This document shows positions 8,617-18,823 of a stretch of 64,000 nt of DNA, in pieces (the stretch's first letter is position 1; every line of letters starts with the position of its first letter). The notes below the pieces were generated by a model. That model worked only from the letters and a program-made list of their open reading frames with translations, did no database searches and had not been told where the DNA came from. Origin of the DNA: Cypionkella sp. (GTDB lineage: Bacteria > Pseudomonadota > Alphaproteobacteria > Rhodobacterales > Rhodobacteraceae); contig NZ_JAXMJJ010000012.1 of the NCBI RefSeq assembly GCF_034376685.1, positions 9,949 to 73,948 on the forward strand. Reading direction: 5' to 3'. The translations under genes and the position numbers were made by a program.

Positions 8617-9459
8617 TTAGCGGCTGGGGCGGTAGGCTCCAGGGCCGCGCAGGTTGGCGTGGCGGTTGACATCCTTGTAGAGCAGATAGCGGAAGCGGCC
8701 GGGGCCAGCGGCGTAGCAGGCTTGCGGGCAATAGGCGCGCAGCCACATGAAATCGCCAGCCTCGACCTCGACCCAATCCTGGTTGAGTTTGTAAACCGCT
8801 TTGCCTTCAAGCACATAGAGGCCGTGCTCCATGACATGGGTTTCTTCAAACGGGATCACGCCGCCGGGTTGGAAGGTGACGATGTTGACATGGGCATCGT
8901 AGCGCACATCGGTTGGATCGACGAAGCGGGTGGTGCCCCAGACGCCATTGGTGTCGGGCATCAGGCTGAGGCCAACGTCTTTTTCGTTGATCACGAAGGC
9001 GGGCGGGATCTCGACACCGGGGGCAGGCTCGTAAAGTTTGCGGATCCAGTGGAAGCGGGCGGGTGCATTGCCTTCGGCGAGCAAGCGCCATTTTGCCCCC
9101 GGTGGGATGAAGGCATAGCCGCCTGCGTCCAGCTCATATCCCACGCCGTCGATGGTGAGGGTGATCAACCCGCCTGTGACGAACAGGAAATGTTCGGCCC
9201 CGGCTTCGGCATCGGGGGCGTCAGAGCCGCCGCCGGGGGCAACCTCCATCACATATTGGCTGAAGGTTTCGGAGAAGCCCGACATAGGCCGCGCGATCAG
9301 CCAGAGTTTGGTGTGACGCCAGCCCGGTAGGCAACTGGTCAGGATGTCGGAAAAGCAGCCTTTCGGGATGAAAGCGTAAGCGTTGGTGAAGACCGCGCGG
9401 CCTGTCATCAGCGTGGTTTGGGCGGGCAGGCCGCCGGGGGGGGCGTAATAGGGGCTCAT
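8617..9459 (-). CDS. allE: (S)-ureidoglycine aminohydrolase (bicupin)
   Basis: ETFSQY, HVNIVTFQPGGVIPFEETHVMEHGLYVLEG, YLLYKDVNRH; located in the purine catabolic cluster. Confidence 0.9.
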   Translation of the reverse strand: MSPYYAPPGGLPAQTTLMTGRAVFTNAYAFIPKGCFSDILTSCLPGWRHTKLWLIARPMSGFSETFSQYVMEVAPGGGSDAPDAEAGAEHFLFVTGGLITLTIDGVGYELDAGGYAFIPPGAKWRLLAEGNAPARFHWIRKLYEPAPGVEIPPAFVINEKDVGLSLMPDTNGVWGTTRFVDPTDVRYDAHVNIVTFQPGGVIPFEETHVMEHGLYVLEGKAVYKLNQDWVEVEAGDFMWLRAYCPQACYAAGPGRFRYLLYKDVNRHANLRGPGAYRPSR

Positions 9460-10871
9460 GGCAATTGATCCTTCAGGCGCAGCTCCGCGATGCGTTCGAC
9501 TTGGGCGCAGGCGGTTTTGAATTCGGTGTCGGTGTCGTTTGCGATGCGGGTTTGGAAGGCCGCAAGGATTTGCGCTTTGCTATGGTCGCGCACGGCGATG
9601 ATGAAGGGGAAGCCGTGTTTGGCGGTGTATTGCGCGTTGAGCTGCTGGAATGCGGCGCGCTCGGCATCGGTGAGAGCGTCCAGCGCGGCGCTGGCTTGTT
9701 CGGCCGTGGACTCGGGCGTCAGCTGTTTCGCGGCGGCGAGTTTGCCCGCAAGGTCGGGGTGGGCTTGCAGCACGCCGAGGCGTTCGGCGGGGCTGGCAGA
9801 TCGGAACATCCGGGCGAGCGCATTGTGCAGGCCTGCGGCGCTGTCATGGGCGGGGCCAAGTTCCAGATCATAGGCGCGGTCAGCAATCCACGGCGAATGT
9901 TCGAAAATGGAACCATAGGCGGCGATGAAGCGATCTCGCGCCATCTGCGACGGCCGCTCGAAGCGCTTGTGCGGATGGGTTTTTGCCCAATGTTCGGCGA
10001 TTTCAATACGACGGGGAAACCACACGTCATTGTGGGATTTTGCATAGTCTAGGAAACGCTTCAGCCCTGCGATCTTGCCGGGGCGGCCAATCAGGCGGCA
10101 GTGCAAGCCGATGGAAAACATCTTCGCCCTGCCCTCTTGGCCTTCCGCATAGAGAATGTCGAAGCTGTCTTTCAGGTATTGAAAGAACTGCTGGCCTTCG
10201 ATGTAGCCGGGGGCTGTGGCGAAGCGCATGTCGTTGGCTTCCAGCGTGTAGGGGATCACCAGTTGATCGCGGTCGCCCACCTCGCGCCAATACGGCAGAT
10301 CGTCGTCATAGGTGTCAGATATCCAGTCAAACTGCCCGGTCTCGGCGGTGAGATCGACGGTGTTGAGCGAACAGCGGCCCGTATACCAGCCGCGGGGCGG
10401 TTCGCCCACGACTTCGGTGTGCAGGCGGATCGACTCGGCGATCTGGCGACGTTCTTCCTCAAGCGGCATATCGCGGTGATCGACCCATTTCAGGCCGTGG
10501 CTGGCAATCTCCCACCCGGCGGATTTCATCGCCGCCACTTGTTCCGGGTTGCGCGCCAAAGCCGTCGACACCCCGTAGATCGTCACTGGGATATCCATGC
10601 CGGTGAACAGGCGGTGCAGACGCCAGAAGCCCGCGCGCGCGCCATAATCGTAGATCGATTCCATGTTCCAATGCCGCTGACCGGGCCAAGGGGCAGCGCC
10701 TGCGATGTCGGACAGGAACGCCTCACATTGGCCATCACCGTGCAGGATGTTGTTCTCGCCGCCCTCTTCGTAGTTCAGCACCAGCGACACTGCGATTTTG
10801 GCACCGCCCGGCCAGGCAGCATCGGGGGTATCGGGGCCGTGGCCACGGAAATCGCGGGGGTAGCGGGACAT
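9456..10871 (-). CDS. puuE: Allantoinase PuuE fused to C-terminal OHCU decarboxylase (UraD)
   Basis: N-part VLNYEEGGE, ESIYDYGARAGFWRL, SIGLHCRLIGRPG. C-part FEHSPWIA, AHPDLAGK, KHGFPFIIAVR, QVERIAELRL. Confidence 0.93.
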   Translation of the reverse strand: MSRYPRDFRGHGPDTPDAAWPGGAKIAVSLVLNYEEGGENNILHGDGQCEAFLSDIAGAAPWPGQRHWNMESIYDYGARAGFWRLHRLFTGMDIPVTIYGVSTALARNPEQVAAMKSAGWEIASHGLKWVDHRDMPLEEERRQIAESIRLHTEVVGEPPRGWYTGRCSLNTVDLTAETGQFDWISDTYDDDLPYWREVGDRDQLVIPYTLEANDMRFATAPGYIEGQQFFQYLKDSFDILYAEGQEGRAKMFSIGLHCRLIGRPGKIAGLKRFLDYAKSHNDVWFPRRIEIAEHWAKTHPHKRFERPSQMARDRFIAAYGSIFEHSPWIADRAYDLELGPAHDSAAGLHNALARMFRSASPAERLGVLQAHPDLAGKLAAAKQLTPESTAEQASAALDALTDAERAAFQQLNAQYTAKHGFPFIIAVRDHSKAQILAAFQTRIANDTDTEFKTACAQVERIAELRLKDQLP

Positions 10872-11008
10872 GGGGGACTCCTGTTTGTTGCAGACTATAT
10901 CGAATATCGACGCGGGTTTATCAAATAATCCCGAAAGGAGTTTTGCGGCTTGGCAGGGGCTACGCAGGCGGGCAAGCTGGGATAGACTGGCGTAAAATGG
11001 GGGCTGAT

Positions 11009-11362
11009 ATGGGCAAGTTGACCACGCATGTGCTGGATACCGCCAAGGGCAAACCTGCGCATGGGGTGAAGATCATGCTCTACCGGATCAGCGGGATGAG
11101 CCACAAAAAGATTGCGGAAACCGTGACCAATGCCGATGGCCGGACGGAGGCACCGATGCTGGAGGGCAAGGCGCTGAAGGCCGGGGTGTATGAGCTGGTG
11201 TTTTGCGCCGGGGAATATCTGATGGCCTCGGGGCAGGCCACGGGCGATGTGCTGTTCCTAGATGAAATCCCGATCCGGTTTGGCGTCGCGGATGCGACCG
11301 GGCATTACCATGTGCCGCTGTTGATCTCGCCCTTCGCCTATTCGACCTATCGCGGCAGTTAG
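11009..11362 (+). CDS. uraH: 5-hydroxyisourate hydrolase
   Basis: LTTHVLDTAKGKPA, HYHVPLLISPFAYSTYRGS signature. Confidence 0.95.
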   Translation: MGKLTTHVLDTAKGKPAHGVKIMLYRISGMSHKKIAETVTNADGRTEAPMLEGKALKAGVYELVFCAGEYLMASGQATGDVLFLDEIPIRFGVADATGHYHVPLLISPFAYSTYRGS

Positions 11363-11466
11363 GCGCAGCAGGCGGTCAAGGCTTGCAAATCTGCCGTCGC
11401 AGCGCATCTGTTACAGACGGAACCCGCTTGGGCTGACGTATAAAGTCCAAAGCGGCAGGGGATCAG

Positions 11467-12708
11467 ATGCAAAGCAGCGATGACATTGCCAGAATGCTGG
11501 CCGGGGCTGGGCGTAAACGGCGGCGTTGGCCTTGGGTTGTCTTGGTGCTGCTCATTCTGGCGGGCGTAGCCGGGTGGTATTATACCAGCAACAAGGCCGG
11601 GGCGGCGGCGGTGCGGTATACAACCGAGACCGTCGCCAAGGGCGATCTGGTGGTGGTGGTGACGGCGACGGGGACGGTGCAACCGACCACGGAAGTTGAG
11701 GTGTCGTCAGAGCTGTCGGGCACTTTGGCCAGCGTTTCGGTGGATTACAACGATGAGGTAAAGGTCGGCCAGATCCTGGCGCATCTGGATACCACCAAGC
11801 TGGTGGCGCAGGTCGATAATGCCCGCGCGCAACTGGCCGCAGCGAAGGCGCGGGTGACACAGGCCGAAGCGACCGCGCGGGAAGCGGCGGCGGTGCTGAA
11901 AACCCAGCAAGAACTGGCCGCGCGCGGGGTGGCGACGCGCAAGGATATGGTGGGGTTTGAGGCCAGCGATCAGCGCGCGCAGGCGGCGGTCGAGATTGCG
12001 CGGGCGGATCTGACGCTGGCGCAGGCCAATCTTGATCTGGTCAGCGCCGATCTGGGCAAGGCGGAAATTCGCAGCCCGATCAATGGCGTGGTGCTGGATC
12101 GCACCGCCGAGGCAGGCCAGATTGTGGCGGCGAACTTTGAGGCTCCGGTCTTGTTCAAGCTGGCGGAAGATCTGGAGCGGATGCAGTTGCTGGTCGATAT
12201 TGATGAGGCCGATATCGGCAAGGTCAATGTCGGAGATCCGGCGGATTTCACGGTTGAGGCTTATCCGGGCCGCAGCTTTCCGGCGGTGATCACCCAAGTG
12301 CGGTTTGCGCCGGAAACCACCAATGAGGTGGTGACCTATAAGGCGGTGCTGTCGGTCGCGAACCCGGATGGGCTGCTGCGCCCCGGCATGACGGCGACGG
12401 CGGTGATCACGGTGGATAAGGTCGCGGATGCGCTGTTGGTGCCGAATGCCGCGCTGCGCTATGCGCCGCCAGCGCAAGAAGTTGCGGGTGGGCCTTCTGG
12501 TGGTCTGGTCGGGCTGATCCTGCCAACACGGGGCGGTCGCGGCTCCGCTGGGCTTGGCAGCGGCAAGTCGGTCTGGCTTTTGCGGGCGGGCGCTCCTGTA
12601 GAGGTCGCGGTCAGCTTGGGGGCGACGGACGGGCGCGAGACGGTGGTGACGGGCGATTTGGCCGAGGGCGATGCGGTGATCACCGACCAAACCGCCGGGG
12701 CGCGCTGA
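11467..12708 (+). CDS. MacA-like periplasmic adaptor subunit
   Basis: N-terminal TM, VTATGTVQP, lipoyl-like SPINGVVL, LRPGMTA. Confidence 0.9.
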   Translation: MQSSDDIARMLAGAGRKRRRWPWVVLVLLILAGVAGWYYTSNKAGAAAVRYTTETVAKGDLVVVVTATGTVQPTTEVEVSSELSGTLASVSVDYNDEVKVGQILAHLDTTKLVAQVDNARAQLAAAKARVTQAEATAREAAAVLKTQQELAARGVATRKDMVGFEASDQRAQAAVEIARADLTLAQANLDLVSADLGKAEIRSPINGVVLDRTAEAGQIVAANFEAPVLFKLAEDLERMQLLVDIDEADIGKVNVGDPADFTVEAYPGRSFPAVITQVRFAPETTNEVVTYKAVLSVANPDGLLRPGMTATAVITVDKVADALLVPNAALRYAPPAQEVAGGPSGGLVGLILPTRGGRGSAGLGSGKSVWLLRAGAPVEVAVSLGATDGRETVVTGDLAEGDAVITDQTAGAR

Positions 12709-13415
12709 TGGCACCGCTGATCCAGCTGATCGGCGTGCATCGCAGTTATGGCACGGGCGAGGCCGAAGTGCGCGCGCTGGACGGGGTGGATCTGAGCATC
12801 CAGCGCGGCGAATTTGTCGCGATCATGGGGCCGTCAGGCTCGGGCAAATCTACCGCGATGAATATCATCGGCTGTCTGGATCGCCCCTCGGCGGGGAAAT
12901 ATCTGTTTCAAGGCGTCGAGGTGCAGGATCTCGACCAAGACCGCCGCGCGCTGTTGCGCAGGCATTGTCTGGGCTTTGTGTTTCAAGGCTTTAACCTTCT
13001 GGCCCGGCAGTCGGCGCTGGAAAACGTCGAATTGCCGTTGATCTATAAAGGTTTGCCGAAGGCCCAGCGGGTCGCGCGGGCGAAGCTAGCGTTGCAGAAG
13101 GTGGGGCTGGAGGGCCGCGAAGGCCATGACCCCTCGCAGCTTTCCGGTGGCCAACAGCAGCGGGTGGCGATTGCCCGCGCCTTGGCCAGCGATCCCATGG
13201 TGATCCTCGCCGATGAACCGACAGGCAATCTCGACAGCCAGCGCAGCCATGAGATCATGCAGTTGCTGCAAGCGCTGAACCGCGACGGCATCACCATTGT
13301 GATGGTGACGCATGAGGTGGATATTGCCGCCTATGCCCAGCGTCTTCTGGTGTTCACCGATGGCAAGCTGACCCGCGACGAGGCCACCCCCGCCCCCATC
13401 GCACGGAGCGCCTGA
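12708..13415 (+). CDS. MacB/LolD-type ABC ATP-binding protein
   Basis: [35 protein letters not shown]. Confidence 0.95.
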   Translation: MAPLIQLIGVHRSYGTGEAEVRALDGVDLSIQRGEFVAIMGPSGSGKSTAMNIIGCLDRPSAGKYLFQGVEVQDLDQDRRALLRRHCLGFVFQGFNLLARQSALENVELPLIYKGLPKAQRVARAKLALQKVGLEGREGHDPSQLSGGQQQRVAIARALASDPMVILADEPTGNLDSQRSHEIMQLLQALNRDGITIVMVTHEVDIAAYAQRLLVFTDGKLTRDEATPAPIARSA

Positions 13416-13417
13416 TC

Positions 13418-14626
13418 ATGCTGTGGGAAACCGTCAGCCTCGCCTTCACCACCATCATCCGCAACAAGCTGCGCACGTTTCTGACCGTGCTGGGCGTGGT
13501 GATCGGGGTTGCTGCGGTGATCGCGATGGTGACGATCGGCCAAGGATCATCAGCGCAAGTCAGCGCCAGCGTGGCGGCTTTGGGCACCAATGTGCTGACC
13601 GTGCGCCCCGGCACGCGTGGCTTTGGCCCACCGACCGGAGGCGCGCAAGCGCCGCGTTTTTCGCTGAAGGATGCCGAGGCTTTGTCCACCCTGCCCGTCG
13701 TGGGCTATGCCGCCCCGGTGGTCAGTTCCGGCCAAACTGTGGTGTTCGGTAATGCCAATGCCGCGACGCAGGTCTATGGTACCACGGGCGATTACATGCA
13801 GATACAGAACTGGCCGCTGCGCACAGGGCGCAGTTTTGAGCCGCATGAAGAAAGCGCGGGTGCTGCGGTCTGTGTGCTGGGCCAGACCGTGGCGACCACC
13901 TTGTTCGGCAATTCTGATCCGGTGGGCCAAAGCATAAGGGTGAAAAACGTCGCCTGTCAGGTGCTGGGCGTGCTGTCTGCGCGCGGCGCGGGCAGTTTCG
14001 GGCAGGATCAGGATGATCTGGTCTTGATGCCCGCGAAATCCGTGCAGCGGCGTCTGGAAGGCAACTCCAATGTGGATTCCATCGCGGTGGCTCTGCGCAA
14101 ATCGGTCAGCGCCGAGGATGGCATCGCCGCGGTGCAGTCGCTTTTGCGCGAGCGTCGGCGGATCGGCCTGACGCAGCCGGATAACTTCAGCGTCTCGGAC
14201 AGCAAAGAGCTGTCGAATATGCTGGGCGGGATCAATTCGGTGCTGACCGGGCTGCTCTCGTCGGTGGCGGCGGTCAGCCTGCTGGTCGGCGGCATTGGCA
14301 TCATGAATATCATGCTGGTCTCGGTCACCGAACGCACCCGTGAGATCGGCATCAGGCTGGCGGTGGGTGCCAGTTCGGGGCAGGTGCTGCTGCAGTTTCT
14401 GGTCGAAGCGGTGGTTTTGTCGCTGCTGGGTGGGGCAATTGGCATCGCCGTGGGGCTGGCGATTGCCTATGGCGGCTCGGTGTTCATGGCGATCCCGTTT
14501 GCGCCCTCGGGGGCGGTGGTGGCGCTCGCGTTCGGGTTTTCAGCGCTGGTCGGCGTGGTGTTTGGCTATTTCCCGGCACGGCGCGCGGCACGGCTGGACC
14601 CGATCGAGGCTTTGCGGCATCAGTAG
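13418..14626 (+). CDS. MacB-type ABC permease
   Basis: RNKLRTFLTVLGVVIG, GGIGIMNIMLVSVTERTREIGIRLAVGA, PARRAARLDPIEALR. Confidence 0.93.
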   Translation: MLWETVSLAFTTIIRNKLRTFLTVLGVVIGVAAVIAMVTIGQGSSAQVSASVAALGTNVLTVRPGTRGFGPPTGGAQAPRFSLKDAEALSTLPVVGYAAPVVSSGQTVVFGNANAATQVYGTTGDYMQIQNWPLRTGRSFEPHEESAGAAVCVLGQTVATTLFGNSDPVGQSIRVKNVACQVLGVLSARGAGSFGQDQDDLVLMPAKSVQRRLEGNSNVDSIAVALRKSVSAEDGIAAVQSLLRERRRIGLTQPDNFSVSDSKELSNMLGGINSVLTGLLSSVAAVSLLVGGIGIMNIMLVSVTERTREIGIRLAVGASSGQVLLQFLVEAVVLSLLGGAIGIAVGLAIAYGGSVFMAIPFAPSGAVVALAFGFSALVGVVFGYFPARRAARLDPIEALRHQ

Positions 14627-14646
14627 CTGAGCAAAGCCAAGGCACC

Positions 14647-15264
14647 TTGATGATCCCCATTCCGCTGAAACCGCCCTACCGCTTCATCGCCTTCGATGTC
14701 GAAACCGCCAATCGCAACGCGCATAGCATCTGTCAGGTCGGCTTGGCTTGCGTCGATGACTGGGGCCAGATCGACACGTTCAGCCTGCTGGTTGACCCGG
14801 ATGAGGCGTTTTCGGCCTTCAACACCGAGTTACATGGCATTGATGCCGCAACGGTGCGCGGTCAGCCGCAGTTCCCCGCCGTGATCGCGGCGATTGCGCC
14901 GCTGATGGCGCAGCAACCGATTGTGCAGCATTCCAGCTTTGATCAGCGCGCAGTGGCGGCGGCTTGCGGTTGGCATGGGCTGGATGTACCTGCGCTGCAT
15001 TGGGTGGACAGCGTCACCATCGCGCGCCGCGCCTGGCCCGAGTTCAAGGGCAATGGTGGTCATGGTCTCGGCCATCTGAAAACCGCGCTCAGCTTGCAGT
15101 TTCAGCACCATGACGCCGGCGAAGATGCCCGCGCCGCGGCCCAAGTGGTGCTATGCGCCGAAGAAAAAACCGGGCGCAGCTTTGTCGAAATCCTTGCCAA
15201 ACAGGGCGCCAAATCCCCACGCGTCTTTCACTCCGCTGCCACCTATTACGAACCATTTGAATAA
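14647..15264 (+). CDS. DEDDh 3'-5' exonuclease (DNA Pol III epsilon-like)
   Basis: FIAFDVETAN, HSSFD, HHDAGEDA. Confidence 0.88.
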   Translation: MMIPIPLKPPYRFIAFDVETANRNAHSICQVGLACVDDWGQIDTFSLLVDPDEAFSAFNTELHGIDAATVRGQPQFPAVIAAIAPLMAQQPIVQHSSFDQRAVAAACGWHGLDVPALHWVDSVTIARRAWPEFKGNGGHGLGHLKTALSLQFQHHDAGEDARAAAQVVLCAEEKTGRSFVEILAKQGAKSPRVFHSAATYYEPFE

Positions 15265-15271
15265 AATTTGC

Positions 15272-15318
15272 TTTCACATTGGCTCAAATACTCTCGGGGT
15301 GCGGGGGTGAGCCCCCGC
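15272..15318 (-). repeat. REP-like motif plus hairpin between convergent genes
   Basis: TTTCACATTGGCTCAAATACTC (reverse complement matches the 8568 motif), then GCGGGGG-TGAG-CCCCCGC. Confidence 0.7.
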
Positions 15319-15335
15319 TCATAAATGCAGCAAGC

Positions 15336-16247
15336 TTACTTCTCAAACGGCTGCCCCAGCGAGGCAATCGTGTTCAGCCGCATCCGCCGACGGTTGGATG
15401 AAATCACCGCCAGCATCAGGATCGTCACAATGTAAGGCACGCAGGCCAGCAGTTGCGACGGGACGTTGACGCCCGCCGCTTGGGTGGTCAGCTCGCCCAA
15501 AGACAAGGCCCCGAACAGGAACGCGCCGAACACCACCCGCCCTGTCGCCCAAGTGCCGAACACCACCAGCGCCAGTGCAATCCAGCCGCGCCCCGCGATC
15601 ATGCCATCGGCCCAGAGCGGCGTGTAAACCGTTGAGGCATAGGCCCCGGCAATCCCCGCCAGCGCGCCACCAAAGGCAATCGCGGCACAGCGCACCCGCA
15701 AAACCCGAAAGCCAATCGCGCGAGCGGCATGCGGATTCTCGCCCACCGCGCGGATGATCAGCCCGAGTTTCGAGTGATTCATCGTGGCCCAGATCGCCAG
15801 TGCCAAGCCAAGCGTTGCCCAAACCACAATATCCTGCACGAACAGCGTGCCCACAACCGGCAGATCAGACAGCAGCGGCAGCGCCAGTTTCGGCAAGCCG
15901 CTGATCGTCAGGCTTTCAAAGCTTTTGCCAAACAGCGACGAAAGCCCGGTGCCCAAGATGCCAATCGCCAACCCCGCCGCCACCTGATTGGCAACAAACC
16001 CCAGCACGATCAGCGCGAACAGCAAGGACAATGCCGCGCCGCCCAAAGCCGCCACCAGAAACCCCAAAGCATGGCTTTGATAGGTGTAAGTGGTGATGAA
16101 CCCCAAGGCCGCGCCCAGCGCCATCATGCCTTCAAGGCCAAGGTTCAAAACACCCGACCGCTCCACCACCATCTCACCCAATGCCGCCAGCAGCATCGGC
16201 GTGGCCGCCGCCAGCATACCCGCAAGAATGAAATCAACGGCGTTCAT
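15336..16247 (-). CDS. Purine/nucleoside ABC permease (BMP-associated)
   Basis: LAALGEMVVERSGVLNLGLEG, RAVGENP, GRGWIALALV. Start MNAVDF at 16247. Confidence 0.9.
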   Translation of the reverse strand: MNAVDFILAGMLAAATPMLLAALGEMVVERSGVLNLGLEGMMALGAALGFITTYTYQSHALGFLVAALGGAALSLLFALIVLGFVANQVAAGLAIGILGTGLSSLFGKSFESLTISGLPKLALPLLSDLPVVGTLFVQDIVVWATLGLALAIWATMNHSKLGLIIRAVGENPHAARAIGFRVLRVRCAAIAFGGALAGIAGAYASTVYTPLWADGMIAGRGWIALALVVFGTWATGRVVFGAFLFGALSLGELTTQAAGVNVPSQLLACVPYIVTILMLAVISSNRRRMRLNTIASLGQPFEK

Positions 16248-17314
16248 GGCGCGACCCTGCGGATAAAGCTGACCTTGTGGCGGATGAAGGTCAGGCCTGC
16301 GAGGTAGAAGCACAAAAGCAGGCCCTGAAACACCCAGACGGCGGCAATCGGCAGGTCCGCCGACACCATCGCGTTGTCACCGCCGATATAGATCACCGAC
16401 ATCACGAAGGCGGAAATCACGATACCCAGCGGGTTCAGCCCGCCCAGATAGGCCACGATGATCGCCGAATATCCGTAGCCCAGCGAGACCGAGCGTTGCA
16501 ATTGACCCAAAGGCCCCGCGACCTCCGCAGCCCCCGCCAGACCCGCCGCAAGCCCGCCCAACAGCAGGCTGATCCAGATCGCGCGGCTTTCACTGAACCC
16601 GGCATAGCGCGCGGCACGGGGGGCTAGCCCACCGACCAGCAGTTGAAACCCCGCAAAGCGGTGGCGCATCAGGATATAGGCCAAACCGCTGGCGATAAGC
16701 GCCAGCAGCAAGGACACGTTCACCCGCGTGCCGGGCAGCAGGATCGGCAGCAAGGCGGCATCGGGGAACATCACGCTTTGTGGAAAGTTGAAGCCGTTCG
16801 GGTCTTTCCACGGCCCCAGCAGCAGATAGTTCAGCACCTGTGCTGCGATCAGCGACAGCATCAGCGTCACCAGAATTTCGTTAGCGTTAAAGCGGGTGCG
16901 AAACATCGCCGCAATCCCGGCCCAAGCCATCCCTGCCGCAGCCCCCATCACCAGCATCGCGGGCAGCATGAAAGCTGAGTCGCCCATCGGATACCACACG
17001 GGCAAGGCCGAGGCCGCGATCGCGCCGATGATCAATTGACCCTCCGCGCCGATGTTGAACACATTGGCGCGGAAACCAATGGCAAGGCCTTGCGCGATCA
17101 GCAGCAAGGGGGCCATTTTCAGCAGCACTTCGGAAAAGTTATACCACGTCAGAAACGGCTCCAGCAGCAGCGAATACAGCGCCTGACCGGGGGCTTTGCC
17201 CAGCAGGGTGAACAGGATCACGCTGGCCACAATCGCGCAGGCGAAGGCCGCGATGGGCGCGACCAGCATGGCCATGCGAGAGGCGCGTTCGCGACGGATG
17301 AAGCTGATCCTCAT
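16244..17314 (-). CDS. Purine/nucleoside ABC permease (BMP-associated)
   Basis: FNIGAEGQL, NANEILVTLML, GYGYSAIIVAYLG. Confidence 0.9.
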   Translation of the reverse strand: MRISFIRRERASRMAMLVAPIAAFACAIVASVILFTLLGKAPGQALYSLLLEPFLTWYNFSEVLLKMAPLLLIAQGLAIGFRANVFNIGAEGQLIIGAIAASALPVWYPMGDSAFMLPAMLVMGAAAGMAWAGIAAMFRTRFNANEILVTLMLSLIAAQVLNYLLLGPWKDPNGFNFPQSVMFPDAALLPILLPGTRVNVSLLLALIASGLAYILMRHRFAGFQLLVGGLAPRAARYAGFSESRAIWISLLLGGLAAGLAGAAEVAGPLGQLQRSVSLGYGYSAIIVAYLGGLNPLGIVISAFVMSVIYIGGDNAMVSADLPIAAVWVFQGLLLCFYLAGLTFIRHKVSFIRRVAP

Positions 17315-18819
17315 GCGGCCACCTCCGGCGATTTTCCCGCGCCGATCATATAGGTGCCGACCTCCTCGGCATTGGTCTGGGCGGTTGGCAAAGACGGCGA
17401 CAGATGCCCCTTGTGCAGCACATGCAGGCGGTCGCAGATCTGGAACAACTCCTCCAACTCCTCGGAAATCACCAGAATGGCCGCGCCCGCGTTGCGCATC
17501 GCCACCAAGCGTTGCCGGATATCGGTGGCAGCGCCAATATCAACGCCCCATGTCGGCTGCGACACCAGAAGCAGTTTCGGCTCCAGCATCATCTCGCGGC
17601 CCATGATGAATTTTTGCAGATTGCCGCCCGACAGCGCCCCCGCTTCGGCCTCTGGCCCCGGCGTGCGCACATCGTAACGGGCGATGCAGGCGGCGGTATA
17701 GGCGCGCTCGGGTCCGCGGCGGATGAAGCCGCGCTGCACAAGGCCCGCGCCATGTGCGGTCAATAAAGCGTTGTCCGCCAAAGACATATCCGGCACAGCC
17801 CCGCGCCCCAAGCGTTCTTCCGGCACAAAGGCAAAGCCCATCCGGCGGCGCGCAGCCACGCCCACAGCCCCGACGGCATGCCCCAACATGCGGATGCTAT
17901 CGCCCGGCTGCACCACCTCACCCGAGATCAGCGCCGCCAGCTCCTGCTGCCCATTGCCGGAAATCCCGGCGATGCCGACGATTTCACCGCTGTGCACCCG
18001 CAGGGAAATATCGGCCAATGACACCCCAAACGGATCGTCATTGACGTAATCGAGGCCGCTCAACTCAAGCCGCACCTCACCCACATCCTGCGCCGTTGCA
18101 GGCAAAGGCGGCGGCATTACGCGACCGATCATCAGCGTCGCCAGATCCTTGGCGGAATGCGCGCGCGGATCGACACGGCCCGTCACCTGACCGCCGCGCA
18201 GGATCGTCGCGGTGTCGCACAACTCTTTGATTTCTTCCAGTTTATGGCTGATGAACAAGATCGCCATGCCGCGCGCCTGCAAGGCCCGCAACGTTTCAAA
18301 CAACCGCGCCACGCTTTGCGGCGGCAGCACCGAGGTCGGCTCATCGAGGATCAGCAGCTCGGGGTTGAGCAGCAGGCAGCGGATGATTTCCACCCGTTGC
18401 CGCTCGCCCACCGACAGCGCATGCACCATCGCTTCGGGGTCGACGTTCAGGCCAAATTCAGCGCCCAAAGCCCGGATGCGCCGCGCCAGATCGGCCTTCC
18501 GCCCCGGCACGATCAGCGCGATATTCTGCACCACCGACAGGGTTTCAAACAAGGAGAAATGCTGGAACACCATGCCAATGCCCAAAGCCCGCGCCTCGGC
18601 GGGACTGCCAAGGTTCACCGGCTGCCCCTTCCACAACATCACGCCCGCATCGGGCGATTCCACGCCGTAAATCAGCTTCATCAGCGTGGATTTGCCCGCG
18701 CCATTCTCACCTAAGATGGCATGGATAGAACCGGGATCGACCACCAGATCAATCCCGGCATTGGCCTGCACCGCGCCGTAACGCTTTGAGATCGCTTGCA
18801 AAGACAACAGCGCGGTCAT
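17311..18819 (-). CDS. ABC ATP-binding protein with two NBDs (nucleoside type)
   Basis: GENGAGKST, LSVGERQRVEI, LSGGNLQK, QPTWGVD. Confidence 0.93.
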   Translation of the reverse strand: MTALLSLQAISKRYGAVQANAGIDLVVDPGSIHAILGENGAGKSTLMKLIYGVESPDAGVMLWKGQPVNLGSPAEARALGIGMVFQHFSLFETLSVVQNIALIVPGRKADLARRIRALGAEFGLNVDPEAMVHALSVGERQRVEIIRCLLLNPELLILDEPTSVLPPQSVARLFETLRALQARGMAILFISHKLEEIKELCDTATILRGGQVTGRVDPRAHSAKDLATLMIGRVMPPPLPATAQDVGEVRLELSGLDYVNDDPFGVSLADISLRVHSGEIVGIAGISGNGQQELAALISGEVVQPGDSIRMLGHAVGAVGVAARRRMGFAFVPEERLGRGAVPDMSLADNALLTAHGAGLVQRGFIRRGPERAYTAACIARYDVRTPGPEAEAGALSGGNLQKFIMGREMMLEPKLLLVSQPTWGVDIGAATDIRQRLVAMRNAGAAILVISEELEELFQICDRLHVLHKGHLSPSLPTAQTNAEEVGTYMIGAGKSPEVAA

Positions 18820-18823
18820 CGGC

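Noticed and set aside
11467-14626. MacAB-like exporter as a novel system
   Set aside because: Ordinary architecture; the absence of a linked TolC is common.
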